NCBI RefSeq assembly: GCF_000150275.1
Contig: NW_002060948.1
Span: 4,228,759-4,292,758 of the forward strand
Length of the DNA: 64,000 nucleotides
Source: Trichoplax adhaerens
Taxonomy: Eukaryota; Animalia; Placozoa
Direction of reading: 5' to 3'
Part shown: in pieces, positions 53,501 to 64,000 of the stretch
Position numbering within the stretch: position 1 is the first letter of the stretch
Layout: each line of letters starts with the position of its first letter
The notes under the pieces: generated by a model
The model's input: only the letters and a program-made list of their open reading frames with translations
What the model was told of the DNA's origin: nothing
Databases searched by the model: none
Made by a program: the position numbers and the translations under genes

Positions 53501-56500
53501 CGTAGAACGAATTTTCATTCGAAGATCGAATTGCAGACTTTATATTTTAGTTTTACCTTTTGTGCAGTTTATTCCTGTGTAGCCGGGTAGACAAGTACAG
53601 TTATTGGAATATGGCCCAGTCAAATGACATGTTAATCCGTTTTGGCAAGGCACAATGGTGCGACAAAGATTTAAATCTGAGTTGTGAGATATACGTAAAT
53701 TTCTGTTATGAAAATTTTAAATAGCAATTATAGGAATTATGAGTACGTCTTTTTGCTACCTGCAATGACAAGTGGCTTAGATTGATACGTAGCTGATACA
53801 TTAACTTCTGTGATTTAATTCATTAACTTATAACTTGTGAAACGAGATGCTTCCTTAAATTAACAGTGGGACTGGATACTTTTTATAAGTGAATTCATTC
53901 ACAAATAATTTACAATTACTGTATAACTCGACTTTTCTAAAATTTTCTATCGTATACTGTACTAAAAGTAAAGCTAGGCACAAAATTTGTATTTATGGAG
54001 TAAAGGTGCTCATAAAGTATGATATCACATTAATAACATTATATTCTCTCTTCTCTGTTGCAGCTTTAAATTTTAAGGAGACTATCATATATGAGGTTTA
54101 AGGTATTCTATGCTGCATATAATTATAAACCTAATAAGGTCTAGGTTGAATACTGTTCTTGTGGTGCAAGGAAAAGCTATTGCTTACCGATTTCACAATA
54201 TGTTCTTGTCCATTCTGATGAACAATCGCAGCGGTATCCATTCACTTGATTTACACATGTTGCGCTCAAATTGTGACCCGGATTTCAGTTACACTCATTG
54301 ACGTCTATTAAAAATTTGATATTCATATTTAGCTACATAACTATAGATAAACCTACTTTGAAGAAGGCTGCTTCCTCTGATCTAAAGTGAATTGATATTG
54401 AAATAATCCTTTTTAACTGTAATTGTATTTTTTATAAGATTGCAAAGCTTTTTTCTACCAAAGAGTTATGTTAATTAGAACTAGTTAAAAAAGTTTTCTT
54501 ATTATTAGATCAATTGCGCTTACATTACATTTTTTCCTCAAATAAAATGCAGAGAAATCTCAAGCACTAACTGCACCAATATTTAAAGATGTAACAATTC
54601 AGTATTCTGTTTACAATACCTTCTGGTGCAATTATTTCCTGTATAGCCAGCACTACAGCTAAAATTATACGTAAAATGGCCCGTCGATGTGCAATTAGCA
54701 CTATATTGGCAGGGAGAACCGGTACGGCAAACATTTATATCTGGCAATGTTGTGATAACATTAAAATAGCTAAGATGTATAATTTCATTTAGCCCGATGC
54801 TGCCATTTTGTCGAGAGTAGTTACACAGTTAAGATGAAAAATCTTTATCAGACGTATACTAATAAACTAATAAAGATCCGATATTATACATATTTAAATG
54901 CAATAGTAATTACACTTAGATCTTACGCTTCACATTTGTAAAGAAAATTGAATCGCTACAGTATTTCAGTTACTATTTCTATACCTTGTGTACAATCAGT
55001 CCCAGTGAAACAATTAATGCAGTTGCAAGTGTAATTAAAAGGACTTGTTGATGTATAGTTGAGGCCATTTTGACAAGGGAATTGGGTCCGAAAAAGGTTT
55101 GCATCTGGTATAATTATTATAATAAATTGGTAAAAGTATATACGTGATATACACTAGTATATGACCGCATATATCGTAATATATTTCATCTTTCACAAAG
55201 GCCAACACTTACAGTGAGCAAGGCTTCTATTAACTGTGGTTTACAGTATTAATTTAATTATAATCTAATAAGTATTGAAATGATGACTCTTTTTCTGTTT
55301 ATATCTTTGACTTTAATAAATATAATAATCTCCGAAGGTTTACGTTAATGTTATTAGATATAGTATTTCAGTGGTCTCTTTGCAATACCTTGTGTACAAT
55401 TAGTTCCCGCGTAATCTTTAGTACATTTAAATTCATAAGTAAAAGGATCTGTCGATGTACAGTTACCCCTGTTTTGATATGGAGATTTAATACGGCAAAA
55501 ATTTGTGTCTAATATTGATAAATAAGAATAAATTAAAGTGAAAATGATCATAAAAATATTGATTTCATCTAATACAGATGTGGCCGAGACTGATTTATTA
55601 CTATTACTTTGCTTAGCACAAGAACGGTAAATGGACCGTTTATAAGTACTTTATTAGTTCAATTTTAATTATCGAAACATAAAGTAATAATCTTGATATA
55701 TTACTTATTTCGTAATGAGTCCCGCTCTATTCACTGGGACAACTACAATTGTAGTCATTTAATTGATCGATGCAAGCAGCATTGGGATGTTGGCATGGAT
55801 TTGATTCACATTAATTAATACCTACAAACGGAATAAGTAAATAATATTAAAAGCAGAAGAATGTGAAATTTCAAATGACTCTACGTTTCGTGTTTATCGC
55901 TCAGTTGTGTTACATCATGAAGCCATATCAGTAAAAAGCTTGATATAATGAACGTTTGTAGATACAGTCATGTTCAGCTGATATTATAATAGCTCAAAAA
56001 AGTATACTTCCTCCCATTCTGTAAAGGTGCAAGGCTTATTGCTGATAGTAATATACTATTAAAAGTTCATTCTTTCTATCGTATGATTATCCTCGATATC
56101 TATAAATATTTGCTAAGATAGTCTAGTTTATTACAATGTATGGTAATAAAAATAATTTACAAGCATATTTAGGCCTCTGATAGCACTTATTTATGATTAG
56201 CGATAACATTTTTGAATACATAGTAAAAGAATTAGCCCTTAAAGCTCGCAAATTTTCACACGTTAATGAATAGTTTCTTCCCGAGGCTAATCTTTTTTGA
56301 AAGCTGTTACTTGTATAATAATTAGCTATCAGGGATATTGATATCTAGGCATCTATTCGTCAAATTACATCACGGCAGTAGACTGCATATACAAGTTAAA
56401 TATTATAACACAGTCCAGGTCTATATCTAGTTTTTAAGTAGCGATGATTTAATACACATTGATGAATAACCTTGCGAACAATTTTGACCAGAAAATCCCG

Positions 56501-58529
56501 CAGTACAGGCACATGAATAAACGCTCACACTAATGTATGAGCATGTACTGCCATCTTGATAAGAAAAATAGCGGTAGCAGTTCCAATCTATTAAACAAAT
56601 CATAATAATATAATTCAGAATAAGTTTCGGAAACAACCTTAAATTAGTGCTGTAGTTAATTTAAGACTAATTTTCTTAATACATGAATTCAAGAGTCTTA
56701 AATGATTGCTAATTTAATTGGGCTATTAAAATGCCAATAATAAATGAATATTGAACCTTAATAACTGCACATAATATACCAGTCCACTCTGAAGGGTATT
56801 TGCAGGTAAAACTATTAACTCTATCGATGTAACAGGAGTAAATATGTACGCATGAATTCGATGCACATTCATCAATATCTATTTATGAAAGAATACGAAT
56901 TTACAGAATATAATTAGTGTGTTTTTAATAGGACTAATGTTTGTAAGTAAATTTTTATTTCATTACTTCTAGTTTGTACACTTATCGTTAAGTCTAATGA
57001 CCTTATCTTAGTAAATGTACTAGCATAACATTTAAGCACAATATTACGTTATACACTCCTATATATGTATAATATACTTTTATGGAGGAATTGATTGGAT
57101 TTGAAATTTATTGCAGCTTATTCGTATAACATGATTACTTTTGTTGCAGTTAATGTTTGCTATGTGGAATTGCATAACCAATTAAATTTATCTTCGAAGA
57201 TCGAACTTAATCCGAAATTTAATATTAATAACTCTATTACTTTGATTGCAAGTCGATCCTGTAAAACCGCTTTGGTAACTGCAGCCATACGTATTGATAC
57301 CAGTAAATGAGCAGTTTCCTCCATTTAGACACGAGGTACTCGAACGACATAAATTTCCATCTATTCGATATTATTTCACTGACTTAATCATGGTGTACTG
57401 GTTTTGATTGTAAAAATTAAATTTAGATTTAGAAATTAGGTTTTTGGCTTACCCACTTCACAATTGGTACCAATCTATTCAGAAGGGCAACTGCAAGAAT
57501 ACGAGTCAATATTGTTATGGCAAGTAGCATTTATATGTTGACAGAGATTAGAGGCACATTCGTCAATATCTATTCAGAAACCGGAAGAAACTTGAATCAA
57601 AATTACGTAACAAATAATAGTTATGTCGGGTATAGTACTGAAAACAACGGAAGAAATTGTATCTTTAATAAATGTTCAAATGGCTTTATTTGACATAAAA
57701 TTTCTTTAGTAGTTATAAACCTTGTTGGCATTGGGTCCCATTAAAACCATTCTGACAGGTGCAGTTATAATTATCAGGGCCGGCACTATTACAAGTAGAT
57801 CTATTTTTGTACGGATTGCTTTGACAAGGGGTGCCTGTGTTGGCTATCGAGTTAAAATGTACTAAAATTAAGAAATTATATTTTAGATACAAACTAATTG
57901 CTAATAATATACGCAGTTCTCTAATCATTATTGGCCACTAGATGAAGTTGGCGAACTCCATCTTTTAGTCTAACAAGCTATGTTTACAATGAAAGTCAAA
58001 CAAGAGTTTTCAAGATATAAATGTATTTTATTTCAAATCTATGCTATAATTTAGCCCAGTCCAATTACTGGCACATTCTACCGAAACTACTATAGTAAAT
58101 TGAGACTTATTATCTGCGATCGGTCTTGTTTCATTAATAGTAATTGTCGATGCTGTTCCTGATGTGATATGAAAAAAGAAAGGATGAACTTAAAAAAATT
58201 ATCTCATAAAATAATTCGCATTTCACTTGACTCATATTTCTTTCGGCATAAGGCGGATTTAAAGACACTTTATAAGGATTAGTAATGTCGGTGCTAGTTT
58301 GATTTTGATTTCTTGTGAATATTAGCGTTTCAAATACGTCCCAAACAGTCGTCATTAAGTAGCCATAATTACATGGTTGATTAATGTTTCCTACGTCTGA
58401 ACACATGATAAAATAGTAGTTGCATAATGTTGAGGGATCACATTTCCCATTATCCCAATTTCTTTCGTTACGGTTGTAGTATTCTTTGAAATCGTAACTG
58501 ATGTCGCCATAGACATCGGCTTGGATACA
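50534..58529 (-). pseudogene. Pseudogenised tandem paralogue of the 5' part of the Jagged-like gene (C2/MNNL, residual DSL loop, roughly 20 decayed EGF exons)
   Basis: [31 protein letters not shown]...CNYYFIMC parallels exon 44111-43827 but has lost its AG acceptor. ...RPIADNKSQFTIVVSVECASNWTGLNY parallels exon 3. The EGF exons carry stops (TAG 57475-57477, TGA 52326-52328), frameshifts and lost cysteines. A possible decayed signal exon lies near 59077-59160. Confidence 0.85.
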
Positions 58530-60959
58530 TTAAAGTTCAGTATTGAAGTTTTCAATCTTAGTTTCATTATTTTCTTCATAAATTATTGCAATGTTATTAA
58601 ATATCACACGTGTAATGAAGGTTTTGTAGATGAAATTTTATAGCGCTGGTATCCAATAATTAATACTTGGAACTTGATCATTTCGAGCTATTTCCTCAAA
58701 TTAACAAGTATATGAGCTATTTCTTAAATTAATAGACATTGAATATCTTTAATCGGTTATCAAACTACTGTACGGTGTGGAAACTAATGAACTATTTTGC
58801 AATAGAGTAGAGGATTTGACAATGGCTATTATCGATCGTTGAAATAAATATTTTGTGCGTCATGTCGAAAATAACTGTATTAAAATTGTTTGTAACCGAT
58901 CCAATTAACAATGAAAATCAAGCTTTTCTCTAGCTTGATAAGGCTAGAATAGGTAAAAAATAAATCTCTATAGTTACGATCCATATTTGATATAAGATAC
59001 AGTAAACAAATATCGAAAATTATTTGCTAGGATTCAAGGTCTATTTCATCGTTTTTTCCTAACTCATGCATATTACCTTCAAAGTTTAAGATTTCTACTC
59101 TTTTAATAGGAAACCTATCAAAATCTCAATTGCTAGAAGTGTATTGCAGTTTACTTTCATACTCCCTGCAATTAAGATTACTATTTTGATTAATTTATTC
59201 TCTTGTAATTTCTAAAATTATGACGGACACTCAATCTTCCGGAGCATCATAATTTCCTGATTGTTAAAGATAGAAGAAGTGTCTTGAAATATTGATTTAT
59301 CTATATTTTTTTCTTTACTGCCACTTCTGGAATAGATTACCCGCCCGTATTATAATTAGCCACTTCATGCACAAGAAAACTGTAATAATAGGACTAATAG
59401 AGATACCACTTCACTAAAATATCAGAGTTTTAGGGATATAAAACCAGAATACAGGATTCATAGGTTTGAGTAATATACTTTTGTACCTTCAGTTGGAATG
59501 TCCATAATATAATCAAAGTCCGTAACAGCAATTGAAATCCTATTTGTCTCATTTATCCGATCTATTTGTAATTGGCTTAAAGGCTAAAAGTTGGTACTCA
59601 AATTATACTTTTTCACGTGAGAAAGTGACACTAATGTTACACAATACGTATCGAAATGTCAATGATTTACACTAACATCAGCAGATTTAATGAATTCAGA
59701 TATACTAGTTACAAAACAATGAAATGGATTTAATAGCTTCATGGATTTTACACTAAAGTTGCTACCTTAAAATTACTTTCCGAATGCTATATTAGGGTAT
59801 CAAAAGCTTTACCTAATTATCACAATGCATACAACCCAGTAAATAATATTACTTCATATTTACATGCTTACTGCATACTGTATTCTACCATAGATTTGTC
59901 TAAGAATTCCTACTGCATAATATTAGCAGCAGCTTTTAATCACGATACCGCTTGCTAAATTAATTGAAAATACCTAATTCTTTATTTTCTTTATTAATTA
60001 ATTGTATATGCCTTTGTCTTTCTTTATCTACTAATTATATATAGAATAATTGCTAATGATTATTTATAAAATTGGAGAATGCTAGCTTAAATAAAAACTG
60101 TTATAATGTTCGCACTATGGATATTGGTAAGAGACGGAGACCATGTACAACGCCAAAACCCTTCATTTTTATAGTTCATTTGGAATTTAAATTGAATAAT
60201 CTCTTAAATGGCGAAGTAATGCTTTTAGATACTCCTTGAAAAGACTAAATTTGATTTTATATATTTAAGTTTTCTACACAAATAAGGTTTAATACTTTAT
60301 GATATATTTAGAGCTGATAATTTCGGGCTGGCTACCCGTAAATGATATAGGCATACATTGCAACCATTAGTCAAATATCGTAATGTCAGAATTACAACCT
60401 TATCAATGGAATGAAGCAAAATTAGAATTATAGATTGTACTTGACTTATTTTAGATCTAGCCTACTGCACAATTCTAAACGATGAGATTAACAGAGTTGT
60501 TAGATTTAATAAAATCTTAGTATTTTATTTTTTCGGTGACGTATAATTTATAGAATGAATAGATGACAACCTTATACTGTGTTAGATTTCGTCATGTTAT
60601 AAAGTCATTAATGCCAGATTTCGTAAATTTCCATTTATATATACTGTAAATGGTAATAATCGACTTTTCGATATCACTCAAAATTAAAGGAAGAAAGATA
60701 TTTTATAATTTATGATCTATTTGCAGCATTCCATATATCACTGCACTATTTCGACATGAGGCTGGTGTTTGTTGTTTGTGGCATTGCAATAGATGCCTGT
60801 ATTACTGGCCAAATAGTTGCTGTTGTTGCTATTGACCAAGTCATATTTTGACTCCTGATTATATAGACCGCATAAACATTCATTGGTGTTTCTTTCACCC
60901 TTTCATCTGAATTACGACAATATTGTTACATTTGTAATAGTCAATTATTTTTAAATCAT

Positions 60960-61118
60960 CGACATGGAACTGGAAAGCATTTATCAACACTCTTTATAAT
61001 ATAATGGAAACTTGTATAGCCTGCCAGCTTGGCATATAGAAATATACCGTAACATATTGACCGTATCTTTGAATGCACTACCGTTTTTGCAAAGCAAATT
61101 ATTGCATTTGTTGATACC
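60960..61118 (-). pseudogene. Isolated decayed EGF exon remnant
   Basis: The minus strand reads INKCNNLLCKNGSA... and later DKCFPVPC, with indels. No neighbouring intact exons. Confidence 0.45.
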
Positions 61119-61211
61119 TGTTCACATTGATGTCAGGTATAACTAGATATGCATGAATAATTATATTTATCAATTTTTTATTGCAAAAACTTACTTATAA
61201 ATATTATCTAG

Positions 61212-61756
61212 TGTCACAATTTCACTTCTGCGACAAGGTAACGTACAGTAAAAGTCTATGAGTAGCTACTGACTTAAACGCCCTTTTACTTAACGTTAAA
61301 CACACTCAGCAAAAGACTGTAAAGATGAAACTAAATTAGCAAAGATACATCTACAACTTTTTACCAACACTGAACTCTTTCCCATTTATATAGGAACCGT
61401 CTAATTTCTAAACAACAACAGTATTATTGTTATATCTTACTAGGAGAAACATCTCGAACTGAGATGTTCCTTACATAGCTTTCCTATCAGTAAATATTTT
61501 GAATCTCTTACTTATACTTAATCTTAATCTAAGCTCGTAGGTTGTCTAATTCAACTATCATCAACTAGAACTTGAATCATCTTAGTACTATCTGTCACAC
61601 AATAACAATCAATATCAAGTATGTAATGAACTATTACAAACAACATCCACGTTAAGGCATTACTTATCTTACCTAGTACTACAAATATGGATATTCTCCA
61701 TACTAGCTACTACTGTACTTAGTAAACTATCCTAATGACAAGGCAACACCGTAACA
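61212..61756 (-). mobile_element. Solo LTR, family A (545 bp)
   Basis: Reverse complement of 47530-48080 with a handful of substitutions and two small indels. Perfect TSD TCTAG at 61207-61211 and 61757-61761. Confidence 0.9.
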
Positions 61757-62151
61757 TCTAGATTCCACTTCAGCAGTCAGTTTTAATGTCACAGAGATGC
61801 ACTATTAGTAAAATTATTGATATAAAGATTACCTTGAATACAGCATAAAACTAATGACAAACGTTTTATTTTTAAGCTTATAAATTACTCTTAAGACAAT
61901 TAGGGTCACTTTTACACTGCTACTACATACTATGCCGCGAAGATACCATACGGAACTAAAATCATTCATAAAATTGAATTGATATTTTATTTACGAACTT
62001 ACTGGAACGCAACTATTATGCGTTTGAATTAGCTATCTGCGATTAACCGCATTTACGGTAGCGAGATATACGGTGCATGTAAAATTGAAGAACAGGAATA
62101 TGCAGTAGTAAAATATGTCGCTAAGGTCTATCAAAATTGATATTTCGATTC

Positions 62152-63999
62152 TTAGCCATTGTTAGATTGATTTTCATTATTTTCGTAGCTTTCATAAATG
62201 TTATCTGAAATATTTTCTTCAGGTAAGCTGATACTTTGGCTGTTATTATTTGTAGCTCCTGCGATATAAACATTCTCTTTAGTTGGAAGCACTTTGAGTT
62301 GTACATCTGCCTGATGCGATTTGTAGGATCGTTTGTGTTTAAAGTACAGGATTAGAAATATTAGAATCAAAATAGTGGCACCGACAGTACCGACAGAAAC
62401 TCCAATAATTAAAATGAGGTTTTGTGTTGTCTCCCCACATCTAGTGCCTCGAAATCCTGCTGTACAGTTGCATCTTTGCTGGCCGTCTACGATGTGGCAC
62501 TTCCCACCATTGTAACAGAAATTGTTACCGCAATCATTATCAGAATAGCATCCTGTGTTGGAATAGGGATTACCTTGATAACCTGTTTCGCAGAGACAGC
62601 TATAAGATCCTTCCGTATTTACGCATATTGTATTTTTACCACATGAAGACTTATTTAAGCATTCATCAATGTCGATGCAGTTGCTTCCTGAATAGCCCGC
62701 TTTACATCGACATAAATAAGTACCTAGCAAGTTGACACATATTTGGCTAACATTGTTGCAACTGTTATCGATATTATTTGCACATTCGTCATAATCTTTA
62801 ATAACGGCCTTCTGTAAATATTGTCCATTGATGGTGACATTGCTACTAGTAATAATATTGCGTAGTTCATGTAGACTAAAGTTTGCTGTCAGTTGGAATA
62901 GTACATGGTAATCTATAATAATGCTGCCTGATCGAAAGCCTTTTACTTTAACTTGTTCAAAATTGGGGCTTGTTACTGAGGATGAATTAAAAGCAATTGT
63001 TAGCGCGGTAGTAGCTCTTCTTTGAAGTATTTGATATTCAGCACTTGTTTGATCATTCAGTGACGAATTGAAATTACTAGTAATCTCAACAATTCCGATA
63101 AATAATTTACCATGTTGACAATGTGAATCTGATTGCAATTGCACTTCTGATAATAGACTATTGGAATAATATCCGATCTTACAACTGCAATATATGTTGT
63201 TGTGATATGTCATACAGTTTGCCTTTTTACCGCAATTCTTGCTGTTATTACAAATAATTTCTGGAGTACAATCAATTCCATTACCGTAGTAGCCTAATTT
63301 GCATTGACATAGATAAGATCCAACAGTATTTATACAGTTAGCTTGAGTATGACAGTTATTCTGATTGAGTGAGCATTCATCGATGTCTTGACATAGAGAC
63401 ATAGCTTGACCTGAAAATCCAGGATCACACTTACATATGTAAGAACCATTAACGTTGAGGCAGGTAGAGTTATCAACACATTTATTTGTAGTAGTAGTAG
63501 AATTGCATTCGTTGGTATCATGACAAGTATAACCATCGCCGTTATATCCAGATCTGCACTGACATTGATACGATCCCATAGTGTTAATGCACTGTGCAAA
63601 ACTAGAACAGTTATGATGCGATGACGAACATTCGTTTTCGTCAACGCACGATTTTCCATTACCGGTATATCCTAACTTGCATTTGCATAGATAGGATCCT
63701 ACATTATTAATACAATTAGCATTAGTGTGGCATTGATTATAATTATTCGTAAAACATTCATTAATATCTTCACATATGAATCCGGTTCCTGTATAGCCAG
63801 AGTTACAGAAACAAGTATAAGATCCATTATTATTGACACATTTGCTATGAATGGAGCAGTTGTGTAATCCAAGCGAACATTCATTGATGTCAGAACACGT
63901 TTTACCATTTCCAGTATATCCAGGATAACAAGAGCACGTATACGATCCAATATTATTAAAGCAACGACTATTAGCTGAACAAACATTGCTGTTAAGTGT
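62152..63999 (-). CDS. EGF(Ca)-SEA-EGF transmembrane protein (mucin/HEG1-like architecture), 5' end outside window
   Basis: The frame stays open from the window edge to TAA at 62152. Tandem D(I/T)NEC...NTxGSYxC EGF repeats, a SEA module with FRSGSIIIDY, three further EGFs, TM (LILIIGVSVGTVGATILILIFLILYF) and a tail with NVY and NIYESY. Confidence 0.9.
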   Translation of the reverse strand, partial: TLNSNVCSANSRCFNNIGSYTCSCYPGYTGNGKTCSDINECSLGLHNCSIHSKCVNNNGSYTCFCNSGYTGTGFICEDINECFTNNYNQCHTNANCINNVGSYLCKCKLGYTGNGKSCVDENECSSSHHNCSSFAQCINTMGSYQCQCRSGYNGDGYTCHDTNECNSTTTTNKCVDNSTCLNVNGSYICKCDPGFSGQAMSLCQDIDECSLNQNNCHTQANCINTVGSYLCQCKLGYYGNGIDCTPEIICNNSKNCGKKANCMTYHNNIYCSCKIGYYSNSLLSEVQLQSDSHCQHGKLFIGIVEITSNFNSSLNDQTSAEYQILQRRATTALTIAFNSSSVTSPNFEQVKVKGFRSGSIIIDYHVLFQLTANFSLHELRNIITSSNVTINGQYLQKAVIKDYDECANNIDNSCNNVSQICVNLLGTYLCRCKAGYSGSNCIDIDECLNKSSCGKNTICVNTEGSYSCLCETGYQGNPYSNTGCYSDNDCGNNFCYNGGKCHIVDGQQRCNCTAGFRGTRCGETTQNLILIIGVSVGTVGATILILIFLILYFKHKRSYKSHQADVQLKVLPTKENVYIAGATNNNSQSISLPEENISDNIYESYENNENQSNNG

Positions 64000-64000
64000 G

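Noticed and set aside
47530-61756. A single 14-kb DNA transposon with 550-bp terminal inverted repeats
   Set aside because: Each repeat has its own TSD and LTR-type ends, the outer flanks do not match each other, and there is no transposase inside.

Overview
AT-rich, compact, intron-containing eukaryotic DNA. All supportable genes lie on the minus strand. The short introns, intronless GPCR cluster and ACAGT-type microsatellites suggest an early-branching animal, most likely a placozoan such as Trichoplax (inference only). Contents in order: (1) an intronless alpha/beta-hydrolase-like ORF resembling chlamydial DUF687-type proteins; (2) two intact paralogous class A GPCRs with a decayed third GPCR between them; (3) an apparently spliced tyrosine-recombinase-fold gene with a degenerate active site; (4) an 18.4 kb Jagged/Serrate-like gene with about 70 EGF repeats. 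In this gene the DSL domain is collapsed to one two-cysteine loop, 25 single-exon EGF repeats separate the C2/MNNL domain from the DOS motif, and one in-frame TGA lies upstream of the transmembrane domain; (5) a pseudogenised tandem paralogue of its 5' part; (6) four solo LTRs of two families, each with a 5-bp target-site duplication; (7) the 3' part of an EGF-SEA-EGF-TM gene. Exon boundaries and counts were read by eye and no database searches were run.
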